Translations under genes and position numbers: made by a program
Shown: in pieces, positions 1 through 11,150 of the stretch
How the letters are laid out: every line of letters starts with the position of its first letter
Numbering within the stretch: position 1 is the first letter of the stretch
Assembly: GCA_963832165.1 (NCBI GenBank)
Contig: CAWHTE010000007.1
Location: 928,001 to 992,000 of the forward strand
Source: an uncultured delta proteobacterium
GTDB taxonomy: Bacteria; Myxococcota_A; UBA9160; SMWR01
Reading direction: 5' to 3'
DNA: 64,000 nt
The notes under the pieces: generated by a model
What the model saw: only the letters and a program-made list of their open reading frames with translations
What the model was told of the DNA's origin: nothing
Database searches by the model: none

Positions 1-5
1 TCCCC

Positions 6-1104
6 ATGAGACCCTTCCACTCGAGATTCCTCGCCGTCCTCGCGGGCACGCTGTTCGCAGCCGCCCAGGCGGCCGCCCTCGGCGCCGATACCAATGCAGG
101 GACGGACATCAGCAACACGGCCACGGTCGACTACGTGGTGGGCACCGTGAACCAGCCCGACGTGAACTCCAACACGGCCACCTTCGAGGTCGACCGGAAG
201 CGTCCTCCTGACCGTCGCCGAGGTCGGCGGCGCCTACACGGACGTGGCGCCCGGCGATGTCGAGCAGGCGCTCACGTTCACGGTCACCAACGACACCAAC
301 GGGCCGGTCGACTTCCGGCTCGTCGCCAGCCAGGACGCCACCGGGACCACGGAGGCTCACGGCGGCACGGACGACTTCGATGCGGCCACCCCCGTGGTGA
401 TCATCGATTCGAACGGCAGCGGCAGCTACGAGGTGGGCGTCGACACGGGATCCTTCCTCGACGAAGTTCCCGAAGGCGCGACGCGCACGGTGTTCATCGT
501 ATCGACGATCCCGATTCGCCAGCCCAACGGCGACACCGCGGGTCTCACGCTCACGGCGCACGCGGCCCTGGCCGGCGTCGCCGCGACGCTCGGCGCAGAC
601 CTCGCCGAGAGCGCTAGCGACGATCGGACCGACGGTCATCGACACGGTGCTCGCCGACATCGCGGGCGATACCGACGGAGCGCGCGACGGCGCCCACAGC
701 GACGACGACGCGTACCGCATCCAGACCGCGACGCTCACGGTGACCAAGACGTCCACCGTGATCAGCGATCCGTTCAACAACCTCGCCAATCCCAAGCGCA
801 TTCCGGGCGCGGTGGTCGAGTACTGCGTCACGGTGGAGAACGGCGGAGACGCGGATGCCACTCTCCGTGGTGCTCACCGACGTCCTGACCGGCCAGCCGG
901 TGACCTATCAGGCGAGCAGCCTGTTCACGGTGGACACGGGCGCCGACTGCACGGGTGGCGACGCGGAAGACGACGACGCCGCCGGGGCGGACGAGACGGA
1001 CGACAACGGCGCCTCGGAGAGCTTCCGGGACGGTTTCGGCGACGTTCCAGACCGTGCCGGCCGGTGCCGGCAAGGCGATGCGCTTCCGTGTGACGATCAA
1101 CTAG
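6..1104 (+). CDS. Secreted DUF11/Ig-fold repeat protein (pilin-like); about 4 frameshifts, probably sequencing errors
   Basis: Signal peptide, then AGTDISNTATVDY..VDRK. Continues through ORFs 244, 647 and 855 (LTFTVTN, LTVTKTS..SDPFNNLANPKRIPGAVVEYCVTVEN, VVLTD) and ends MRFRVTIN-TAG at 1104. Confidence 0.75.
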
Positions 1105-1225
1105 GCGTCGCGAATCGTGCTCCGAGGCAGCGGGTGCGCCGGATTCCGGCGCACCCGCTGCACGCAGCGCGAGCGGCCGCATGTACTGCGAGCGCGTGAG
1201 GTCGGTTTGGCGCCGCTATCTCGCG

Positions 1226-4200
1226 ATGGCGCGCCAGACGACCGCGCGGACGGCGCTCGGCGTGCTTCTGGTGGCCGCTTTCGGCGCCCAGGCGGCCACC
1301 GTCTCGAACACCGCGCGGCTCTCCTACCTCGATCCGACCGGCGGACCGGTCGATCAGCCCTCGAACACGGTCACGTTCCAGACTGCCCCGGGCCTCTCTC
1401 CCGGACTAGTGACACTTCTGCGTTTCGCACCCGGCGGGGGTTTGGCACAGCCGACCCAGGCGGACGGAGCGTCATGCGGAAACGGTGCGGGCGGATTCTG
1501 CGCCGTCGCCCTCGCTCTGGGCGAATGGCGGCGCGCTCGATCTCTCCGCACCGGTGCCGCTGCTCGACGCCACGTCGTATCACGCGGGCGAGCCCGTATT
1601 CCTCACACTCACCGACTCGAATCGCAACGCGGATCCACTGCTGCGCGAAACGATCGACGTGCGCATCACGACGAGCGGCGGCGACCAGGAAGATCTGCGC
1701 CTGCAGGAGACTGGACCCGACACGGGCATGTTCGCGGGTGGAATCCAGAGCGCGCGCATTCCGCCACCTCTCGCGGCCTTCGATTGCCGGCTCTCTCTTC
1801 CCGAAAACACCATGCTCTCCGCGGACTACGTCGATGCGATGGACGCGTCCGACACCAGCGAGGATCAGGCGCTCGTCGACCCGTTCGGGTTCGCGTTCGA
1901 TTCGGCGAGCGGGACCCCGATCGATGGCGCGCAGATCACGTTGATCGACGTCGACACCGGATTGCCAGCGACCGTATTCGGCGACGACGGCACGAGCGCC
2001 TTTCCCGCGAGCGTCACGACGGGCGGCAGCGCCACGGACAGCGGAGGCGCGCTCTACACCTTCCCGCCAGGTGGCTTTCGCTTCCCGGTCGTCCCGACTG
2101 GCAACTATCGCTTCGAGATCACGCCGCCGCCGACCCACTCGGCGCCTTCGACCGTTCCGCCGAGCGTGCTCGCCGACGTACGGAGTCCGAGTGGCGACCC
2201 GTATGCGATCGTCACGGGCTCGTTCGGAGATGTCTTCGTGGTGATGCCGGGCCCGACGCTGCGCATCGACGTGCCACTCGATCCGCTCGGCGCCGGTGGA
2301 CTCTCGCTCGAGAAGCTCGCGTCGCGCGAAGAGGTCTGGGCGGGTGACTTCGTGCAGTACCAGCTGCGGCTGCGCAACGCGAGCGCGGCGCTCGGTACCG
2401 GTGTGCAGCTCACCGACGTGCTGCCGTTCGGGTTCCGCTACCAGTCGAGCTCGCTGCGCTACGGCGGGCTGCGGCGGCCGGACCTGCCGCCCCCGCTCGA
2501 AGCGGGCGACGGGCGCACGCTGACGATCCCGGCGGGCGACCTTCGCACCGGGCGCGACGCTGCTCGTCACCTACGTGGCCGAGGTCACGGCGGGCGCGCC
2601 GCCCGGCGACGCGGTCAACAGCGCGATCGGCCGCGCGGACGGCGGCGTCACCACGAACCAGGCGAATGCGTCGGTGCGCGTGAAGGAGCCGTTCTTCGGC
2701 AGCTGCGCGGTGCTGGTCGGCCGCGTCGTGGAGGGCGAGTGCACCACGCCACAGGAAGAGCTCGGCGGCGTCGGAAACGTCCGCCTGCTGCTCGACGACG
2801 GCACCTACACCAGCACCGACCCGAACGGCCAGTTCCACTTCGAGAAGGTCTGCGACGGAACGCACGTGGTGCAGCTCGATCTCGAGAGCCTGCCGCCCGA
2901 CAGCGAGGTGATTCCGTGCATCCAGAACACGCGCTTCGCGGGCCGCTCGTTCTCGCAGTTCGTCGACGTGCAGGGCGGCACGCTCTGGCGCACCGACTTC
3001 TACGTGCGGCGAAAGCCGAACGCATCGGGCGCTCCCGCTGCTGAGACCACACCGGCGCCGAAGCCGGCGCCCCCGGCCCCGGACGCGCTCGCGGCGCGCG
3101 CGCCGCGATCCCCGACGACGTGATCGCGGCGGGCGGAAAGATCGACTGGCTCCAGGAGGCGATGCGCGCGGCCGGCCCGGGATGGCTGTTCCCGCGCGAG
3201 AACCACAATCCGCGCGCGCCCACGCTGCGCGTCGCGATCCGACACGATCCGGCGCATCACGTCGAGCTCTCGAACGGCGGCACGCCCGTCGACCCGCTCA
3301 CGTTCGACGGCACCCAGATGAGCGCCGACGGCCGCATCGCGGTGAGCGTGTGGCGCGGCATTCCGCTCGTCGAGGGCGACAACGAGCTCGTCGCGCGCGA
3401 TCGTGGACAAGGCCGGCAACACGGTCATGAAGCTCTCGCGCGTGATCCACTTCGCGAACGCACCCGCGCGCGCCGAGCTCGTGCCCGAGCAGTCCGTGCT
3501 CGTCGCCGACGGAATCGCCAAGCCGGTGATCGCCGTGCGCCTGCTCGATCGCGACGGAAGGCCCGTACGCGCCGGTATCACCGGGTCCGTTCACGATCGG
3601 ACCGCCCTACGTGCCGAAGAATGCAATCGACCAGCAGCAGCGGCGCCAGCTCGCGGGTCTGGATCGCTTCCAGCCCACGTATCGCGTCGAGGGCGACGAT
3701 GGCATCGCCTACATCGAGCTTCAGCCCACCACCGAGAGTGGCCAGGTGGTGCTCGACTTCGCGTTCCAATCCGATCGCGAGCTCGAGCACAACGTGCGGC
3801 ACGAGCAGCTGCGCACCTGGCTCGAAGCCACCCAGCGCGACTGGGTGATGGTCGGCTTCGCCGAGGGATCGCTCGGTTACGAGACGCTGTCCGGGAACAT
3901 GGAGGCGCTCGACGAGACCGGACACGAGGACGACGACGAGGTCACGACGGACGGCCAGATGAGCTTCTACACGAAGGGGCGAGTGATCGGGAAGTGGCTC
4001 TTGACCGTCGCCTACGAGTCGGATCGCCACGAGCAGATGCCGGTCCGCGACGACGAGACGCTCGCCGCAGGTGATCGACCCCGACGAGTTCTACACGATC
4101 TACGGCGACGGCAGCGAGCAGCGCTACGGCGCGCCGAGCCAGAAGAAGCTCTACGTCAAGCTCGAGCGGCCGCAGTTCTACGCGCTGTTCGGCGACTACG

Positions 4201-6503
4201 AAACCGGCCTCACGCAGACCGAGCTCGCGCGCTACAGCCGCTCGCTCACGGGCTTCAAGTCGGAGTACGGCGGCTCCGTTTTCCAGTACAACGCGTTCGC
4301 GTCGGATACGGCGCAGCGCTACGTGCGCGACGAGATCCAGGGCGACGGCACGTCGGGGCTCTACCGCCTGTCCGGCCGGCACATCGTGATCAACAGCGAG
4401 AAGATCGCGCTCGAGACGCGCGACCGGCTCCAGAGCCACGAGATCCTCGAGAGCCGCGTCCTGCTGCGTCACATCGACTACGACATCGACTACACCAACG
4501 GCACCCTGTTCTTCCGCGAGCCGATCTTCTCGCGCGACACGGCCTTGAATCCGATCTTCATCGTGGCCGACTACGAAGTCGAGGACGGCGGCGAGGACGA
4601 GCTCAACGCGGGCGGGCGCGCATCGACCCGGCTGCTCGACGGCCGGCTCGAGGCGGGCGTGTCGTTGATCCGCGACGCCGAGGCGTCGAGCGAGACCGAC
4701 CTCGGCGGCGTCGATCTGAAGGTGAAGCTCCTTCCCAACACCCAGCTGCGCCTCGAAGCGGCCGGCAGCAAGGGCGAGCTGGCCGGGGATGACCTCGAGG
4801 GGGGCGCCTACCTCGCCGAGATCGAGCATTTCGGCGAGCGCTTCGACTCCGTGGTGTACGCGCGGCGTCAGTCTGACGAGTTCGGGGTCGGCCAGCAGTT
4901 CAGCGCCGAGTCCGGCCAGGAGAAGCAGGGCCTGCTCGGCCGCGTGCCGCTCGGCGAGAAGACCGCGATCACGGGCGAGGCCTATCGCCAGGAGAATCGG
5001 ACCAGCGAGGTGGAGCGCCTGGCCGGCGTGATGCGTCTCGAGCGCAGCTTCGAGAAGGGCAAGGTGTTCGGCGGCGCACAGTACGCGCGCGACGAAGACT
5101 CGCAGGGCGACGAGTTCGAGTCGCAGCAGATCGTACTCGGCGCGAGCCGCAAGTTCCTCGCCGACAAGCTCGAGCTGCTCGGTCAGGGCGACGTGTCGAT
5201 CGGCGGCAAGGACGACAGCATCGACTTCCCGAGCCGTTACCTCGCGCAGGCCGGCTACGACCTGACCAAGTCCGTGAAGCTGATCGTCGCGGAGGAGGTC
5301 ACGAGCGGCTCCTCGTTCGACACCCAGACCACGCGCGCGGGTGCGATCGTGAATCCGTGGAAGGGCGCGAAGCTGAACAGCACCGTCAACCAGGACCTCG
5401 GCGAGTACGGTCCGCGCACGTTCGGATTGCTGGGCCTCACGCAGTCCGTGCTGCTCGGCGAGCGCTGGGGCGTGGACGTCGGCGTCGACCAGAGCACGAC
5501 CTTCGCGGGCTCGCGCCGCGCGGATCAACCTCCGCAGATCAACCCGGGCTATCCGATCGCTGCGGGATCGGGGCACGTGGCGCGCACCGCGACCGGCACC
5601 CCGGGTGTGTTTGGCCTGTCCACCGAGGACTTCATGGCCGTGTCGGCCGGCGCCACGTACCGCGCGGACCTCTGGTCTTTGAACACGCGCGGCGAGCTGC
5701 GCGATGGCGAGAGCGACGACCGCTGGGGCGTGGTGGCGAACTTCCTGCGCGAGGCTCGCGCGGGCGTCGCGTTCGCGAGCTCCGGGCGCTTCTTCGAGGC
5801 CGAGCGCGCGGGGGGTACCGAGGGACTGTTCGGTAGCGTCGACCTCTCATGGGCCTATCGCCCGCTCGGCAGCCGCTGGTCGCTGCTCGACCGGCTCGAA
5901 TTCAGCCTCGATCAGCTCGACGGCGGCACGGGCGTGCCGGGCTCCGGTTTGTTCGGCGCCAACAGCCTCACGACGACCGGCGACGCCGTCTCGCGTGCGG
6001 TGGTCAACAACTTCAACCTGAACCGCGTCTCGCGCGCGTGGACCGCGAAGGACCGCAAGGGCAATCTCTTCGACCTGAACCAGCGCAACCAGTGGTCGTT
6101 CTACTACGGCTCGAAATACTCGTTCGACGAGTATGACGGCGTCTCGTACACGGGCTACACGGATCTGATCGGTGCGGAGTGGCGCTTCGATCTCACGACC
6201 TGGCTCGACATCGGCGCGCAGACCTCGATGCTGCACTCGTGGAACGCCGAGAACTACCAGTTCTCGGCCGGTCCGTCGGTGGGCTTCTCGCCGATCGCGA
6301 ACAGCTGGATCAGCATCGGCTACAACGTGATCGGATTCCGTGATCCCGACTTCGACGCGGCGCGCTACACCGCGCAGGGCGTGACCTTGAAGCTGCGAAT
6401 CAAGTTCGACCAGCTGACGCGTCTTCCGGGTCACGACAAGGACGATCCGCGCGCGGTCAGCCCGTTCGCGTGGCCGGGCCGTGCCGAGGGCGAGCCGCGA
6501 TGA
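1226..6503 (+). CDS. Giant outer-membrane protein: N-terminal Ig/DUF11/SdrD-B-like domains plus a large C-terminal beta-barrel; about 6 frameshifts
   Basis: Signal peptide MARQTT..AQAA. Stitched from ORFs 1181/1485/2575/3120/3403/3611/4071. Has a DUF11 motif (LSLEKLASREEVWAGDFVQYQLRLRN), GVGNVRLLLDDGTYTSTDPNGQFHF, IDPDEFYTIYGDGS and about 700 aa of amphipathic beta-strands ending LKLRIKFDQ. Confidence 0.75.
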
Positions 6504-7999
6504 GGGTATGGAAGGCGATCGCACTGCTCGCGCTGCTGGCGACGCTGGCCCCCGAGGTCGCACGCGCCTACGGCGTGAACCAGTGTGCCGGCGATCGCTT
6601 CGGGTCGAACCTCGGCTGCACTGCCAACGACGTCCAGATCACGAACATGCAGGCGCTGAGCGCGCCGCCGTCGTGTGTGGGCGGCGGGACGATCTCGCTC
6701 GATCTCCTGCTCACGGTCAACTTCGGCAGCGCGAGCCGCTGGGACGTCGGCATCTTCCTCTCGAACGATGGAAAGAATCCGCAGCTCACGGTGGCCAACG
6801 GTGGATCGAACAGCTGCTCGGTGGCGATCCTGCCGACGACGAGCCCATTCCTGAATCTCGACTCGAACGGCGGCACGGATACCTGCGGCGACGGCAACAG
6901 CTCGATCGGGGGTGGAACGGGCAGCGGCCAGTTCGTCATGACCAACGTCACCGTGAAGTGTCAGGCGCTCAGCAGTAGTGGTCAGCTCTGGGTGCCATTC
7001 GTCGTGAGCTGGGACAACCAGGCCAGTCCGTCGGGCCTCACGTGCCGGACGGTCGCCGATCCGGTGCCGAACACGAAGTCGAAGTGCAACGCGCCCGTGA
7101 TCGGGCTGACGCCGCAGGTGATCGTGTTGCCCACGATCACGAAGACCGACGGAAAGACCCAGATCACGCCGGGCGAACCCAATACGTATACGATCGCGAT
7201 CACGAACAACACCGGCATCACCCTCTCCGCGGGCAACGGCAACGCGGCGCTGTTCAAGGACCCGGCCGTCACCAATCTCGCGGTGAGCAGCGTCACCTGC
7301 GCCGTGACCACGGGCACGGCCACGTGTCCCGCCGCCGGCAGCGTGACGGTGGCGGCGATGCAGGGCGCCGGGATCACGATCCCGTCGATGGCGGATGGCA
7401 GCGTCGTGACCTTCACCGTGAATGCACAGCTCAATGGGAACCCCACCGGCACCCTCACCAACGTCGCGACCGTGACGTCGAACGGGCAGACTGCGAGCGC
7501 GAGCGACGCGGATACGATCGTCTACCCGAGCCTCGTCAACGTGAAGAGCTCGCAGGCGGTGAGCGATCCATACAACGGCACCACCAACCCCAAGCGCATT
7601 CCCGGCGGTGCCGTGCGCTACGACGTCGCGGTCAGCAACACCGGGCCCGGCACCGTCAACACGGATACGCTCTTCGTCTACGATGCGGTTCCCGCCAGCA
7701 CCGATCTCTACGTCACCGACATCGGAGGGGCGGGGTCGGGACCGGTCGCGTTCAGCAATGGCTCCCCCACGAGCGCGCTCACCTATACGTTCACCTCGCT
7801 CGCGAGCACCACCGACGATCTCAGCTTTTCGAACAACGGCGGCGCCACGTACAACTACACCCCGGTCCCGAACGGGAACGGGGTGGACCCGACCGTCACG
7901 CACCTGCGCATCAACCCGAAGGGCACGTTCGCGGGCGACCCCGTGGCGGGCGCTCCCAGTCCGATCTGCACGATGAGTTTCCGCGTTCGCATCGAGTAA
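6500..7999 (+). CDS. Secreted DUF11 domain protein with Cys-rich N-terminal domain (adhesin/tip-like)
   Basis: ATGA overlap with the previous gene; signal peptide; Thr/Gly/Asn-rich; ITKTDGKTQITPGEPNTYTIAITN and SDPYNGTTNPKRIPG motifs; ends FRVRIE. Confidence 0.8.
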   Translation: MRVWKAIALLALLATLAPEVARAYGVNQCAGDRFGSNLGCTANDVQITNMQALSAPPSCVGGGTISLDLLLTVNFGSASRWDVGIFLSNDGKNPQLTVANGGSNSCSVAILPTTSPFLNLDSNGGTDTCGDGNSSIGGGTGSGQFVMTNVTVKCQALSSSGQLWVPFVVSWDNQASPSGLTCRTVADPVPNTKSKCNAPVIGLTPQVIVLPTITKTDGKTQITPGEPNTYTIAITNNTGITLSAGNGNAALFKDPAVTNLAVSSVTCAVTTGTATCPAAGSVTVAAMQGAGITIPSMADGSVVTFTVNAQLNGNPTGTLTNVATVTSNGQTASASDADTIVYPSLVNVKSSQAVSDPYNGTTNPKRIPGGAVRYDVAVSNTGPGTVNTDTLFVYDAVPASTDLYVTDIGGAGSGPVAFSNGSPTSALTYTFTSLASTTDDLSFSNNGGATYNYTPVPNGNGVDPTVTHLRINPKGTFAGDPVAGAPSPICTMSFRVRIE

Positions 8000-8008
8000 G
8001 ATGCGGGC

Positions 8009-8776
8009 GTGGAACTCGGGTTGGCGGGCACTTCGGCGGCGGTGATCGGCGCCGGGCAGGGGATCGGTCGCGCGACCTCGCTCCTGCTCGCGCGTGCGGG
8101 CGCGCGCGTGGCGCTCGTCGACGAGGTCGAGGAGCGGGCGCGCGCGGTGGCGCGCGAGGTGAAGGAGTGCGGCGTCGACGCGCTCGTGATCGCCGCCGAC
8201 GTCACCGACGCGAAAGCGGCCGAGGCGGCGATCGAGCGCGCCCACGCAGAGCTCGGAGGGCTCGCGAGCGTGATCAACATCGTGGGCGCTGCGAGCTGGG
8301 CGCCGCTGCTCGAGCTCGACGACGACACCTGGCATCGCGACTTCCGCGTGAACCTCGAGCACCACCTCCACGTGGCGCGCGCCGCCGCCGCGCGCTGGCG
8401 CGGCACCGCCGGCGCGGGCAGCCTCGTCGCGGTGGCGAGCGTTTCGGGGGTGTTCGCAGCGCCGCGGCACGGCGCCTACGGCGCGGCCAAGGCGGGTCTG
8501 CTCTCGCTCGTGCGGACGATGGCGGAGGAGTGGTGGCCGAGCGTGCGCGTGAACGCAGTGGTGCCGGGCATGGTGCGCACGCCGCGGATCGAGGGGATGT
8601 GGGCCCGCGGTGAGATCGCGCGCCCCACCGACGACATGCTGGATCGGATGGCGGAGCCCGAGGACATCGCGGGTGCCGCGGTATTCCTGTGCTCGGCTCT
8701 CGCGCGCCGCATCACGGGCCAGGCGATCGTGGTCGACGGCGGCACGAGCACGCGCTTCCCCTATCCGATGTCCTGA
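8009..8776 (+). CDS. SDR family NAD(P)-dependent oxidoreductase
   Basis: GAGQGIG Rossmann motif, YGAAK catalytic motif, VRVNAVVPG, VVDGG. Confidence 0.9.
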   Translation: MELGLAGTSAAVIGAGQGIGRATSLLLARAGARVALVDEVEERARAVAREVKECGVDALVIAADVTDAKAAEAAIERAHAELGGLASVINIVGAASWAPLLELDDDTWHRDFRVNLEHHLHVARAAAARWRGTAGAGSLVAVASVSGVFAAPRHGAYGAAKAGLLSLVRTMAEEWWPSVRVNAVVPGMVRTPRIEGMWARGEIARPTDDMLDRMAEPEDIAGAAVFLCSALARRITGQAIVVDGGTSTRFPYPMS

Positions 8777-8792
8777 ACGCCTCGGAGGAGAT

Positions 8793-9965
8793 GTGTTCGA
8801 CCCGTTCGCACCGATGCCTGCCGGCGAGCGCTATGCAGCACTCGCAGAGCTGCGCGGTCGGACGCCGCTCGTGCGCCTCGCAGCTGGCCCGTGGCTCGCC
8901 ACCGACATGGCGTCCGTGCTCGCGGGTCTGAAGGCGGTCGACCACTTCGCGGGCAGCTTCGGGGCCACGGGCGCGGGTCCCGAGGACGATCAGGTGATGG
9001 CCGCCATTCCGGAGCCGCGCCACGGCAAGATCCGCAAGGTGTTCAACAGCGCGCTTGCCTATCACCACGCTTCGCAGATGGAGCCGTTCGCACGCGAGCT
9101 CGCGACGCAGCGGCTCGACGCGGCCTGTGCCGCGAGCCGGCGCGACGGCGAGGTCGAGGTGGTAGAGCACTGGCTCGCGCCCGTCCCCTCGGCGGTAATC
9201 GCGCGCGTGCTCGGCGTACCGGACGCGGACCACGCGCGCTTCGCGCGCTGGTCCGACGAGCTGCTCGACCGCCAGGGCCAGAGCGACGTCGAGCACACGG
9301 GGATGGCCGGCGCCCATCCCGAGTTCGCCGCGTACGTGGACGGGCTGATCGCGGAGCGTCTCTCGGCGGCGACGCCGCCCGACGACGTGATCTCGCGCCT
9401 GCTCTTCACGGAGATCGAGGGGGAGCGCCTGTCGGCGCGCATGGTGCGCACGCAGACGATGTTCCTGATCGTCGCCGGGAACGAGACCACGCGGAACCTG
9501 ATGGGCAACTGCGTGTATCGGATCGCGTGTGATCCCGCGCTGCAGGAATCGCTGCGCTCCGATCCGGCGCTCGTGCCCGCGGTGATCGAGGAGACGCTGC
9601 GCCTCGACGCGCCCGTGCAGCTGCTCGGACGCAGTTGCACGAAGGCACTCGAGCTCGATGGTGTGCCCGTCGATGCGGGCGAGCGCGTGCTGTTCCATCT
9701 CGCCTCGGCGAACCGCGACGAGGCCTGTTTCGAGGAGCCCGACGTATTCCGGCTCGCGCGACGCAACGCGCGCGATCACGTCGCGTTCGGCGCGGGCGCA
9801 CACGTGTGCCCGGGCGCGTTTCTCGCACGCATGGAGACGCGCGTCGTGCTCGAGACACTGCTAGCGCGCACCGAGAAGATCGCGCTCGCGCCGGGCTACG
9901 TGTGGGACCCGAACCCGGTGTTCTGGGCGCTCGGTCCGCGCACGCTGAAGGTCACACTGTCCTGA
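8793..9965 (+). CDS. Cytochrome P450
   Basis: AGNETT I-helix, EETLR, FGAGAHVCPG heme motif; GTG start after GGAGGAG. Confidence 0.92.
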   Translation: MFDPFAPMPAGERYAALAELRGRTPLVRLAAGPWLATDMASVLAGLKAVDHFAGSFGATGAGPEDDQVMAAIPEPRHGKIRKVFNSALAYHHASQMEPFARELATQRLDAACAASRRDGEVEVVEHWLAPVPSAVIARVLGVPDADHARFARWSDELLDRQGQSDVEHTGMAGAHPEFAAYVDGLIAERLSAATPPDDVISRLLFTEIEGERLSARMVRTQTMFLIVAGNETTRNLMGNCVYRIACDPALQESLRSDPALVPAVIEETLRLDAPVQLLGRSCTKALELDGVPVDAGERVLFHLASANRDEACFEEPDVFRLARRNARDHVAFGAGAHVCPGAFLARMETRVVLETLLARTEKIALAPGYVWDPNPVFWALGPRTLKVTLS

Positions 9966-9980
9966 CGGGAGGGATGCGCC

Positions 9981-11150
9981 GTGAAGCTCGACCTGCTCTA
10001 CGAAGTCGACGCGCCGAAGCCGTGGGGGAAGCCACATCCGTGGGGCCAGCGCGAGCGCGAGCGGCGCGCCTACTACGATGCGATCGAGCAGATCCGGCTC
10101 GCGGATCGGCTCGGCTTCAACACGATCTGGGCCGTCGAGCACCACTTCCGCGAGGGGCGCTCGCATTGTCCCGCGCCCGAGGTGCTGCTCGGCGCGCTCT
10201 CGCAGATCACCGAGCGCATCCGGCTCGGCTTCGGCGTGACGCTCACGCCCTTCGGCTTCACGCACCCGGCCCGGATCGCGGAGAAGGTCGCGACGCTCGA
10301 CATCCTCTCGCGCGGCCGCGCCGAGTGGGGCACCGGGCGCTCGACGCCGATGGAGCAGACCGCCTTTCACGTCGACCGCGAGAAATCGCGCGAGCAGTGG
10401 AAGGAGGCGATCCAGATCGTGTGCGGAATGTGGCGCGAGGAGCGCTTCTCGTGGAACTCGGACACGTTCCAGTTCCCCGAGCGCGTGGTCACGCCGAAGC
10501 CCTATCAGGATCCGCATCCGCCGTGCTGGATGGCGGCGACGAGCGACGGCTCTTGCGAGGTGGCCGGCGAGAACGCGCTCGGCATGCTCTCGTTCGCGAT
10601 CATGCAGCCGCTCGAGCGCATGGCGCAGCAGATCGCGGCCTATCGCCACGCGCAGGAGCGCGCGGTGCCGCTCACCGACGTCGCCACCAACAAGGTGGCT
10701 GCGTACACGCTCGTGCACTGCGCGGACACGATGGCGCAGGCCGAGGCGAACGAGATCTGGAGGAGCGTCGCGTGGTGGTACCAGCACCTCGCGCAGTTCA
10801 CGCTCGACTGGGAGCTCGTGCACCTGTCGAAAGCAGAGCAGGATGCGACCTTTCCGCTCATGAAGCCGCTGCTCGAGGGCAACGTCCCGATCCAGCACTT
10901 CCACGATGCGGACATGATCGTCGTGGGCGACGCCGAGCGCTGCCTCCAGAAGATGAAGCACTACGCCGATCTCGGCGTCGACCAGTTGATCTGTTACGTG
11001 CAGTTCGGATACCACTCGCACGAGTCGGTGATGCGCACGATCGAGATCCTCGGCAAGGAAGTGCTGCCGGAGATCGAGAAGTACCGGCCCGCGCCTCCGA
11101 AGAGCGCGGCGGTATCCGGGACCGAGCGACTTGCGAAGTTCGTCGACTGA
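9981..11150 (+). CDS. LLM class flavin-dependent oxidoreductase
   Basis: ADRLGFNTIWAVEHHF, RIAEKVATLDILSRGR, PKPYQDPHPP, C-terminal GKEVLP. Confidence 0.92.
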   Translation: MKLDLLYEVDAPKPWGKPHPWGQRERERRAYYDAIEQIRLADRLGFNTIWAVEHHFREGRSHCPAPEVLLGALSQITERIRLGFGVTLTPFGFTHPARIAEKVATLDILSRGRAEWGTGRSTPMEQTAFHVDREKSREQWKEAIQIVCGMWREERFSWNSDTFQFPERVVTPKPYQDPHPPCWMAATSDGSCEVAGENALGMLSFAIMQPLERMAQQIAAYRHAQERAVPLTDVATNKVAAYTLVHCADTMAQAEANEIWRSVAWWYQHLAQFTLDWELVHLSKAEQDATFPLMKPLLEGNVPIQHFHDADMIVVGDAERCLQKMKHYADLGVDQLICYVQFGYHSHESVMRTIEILGKEVLPEIEKYRPAPPKSAAVSGTERLAKFVD

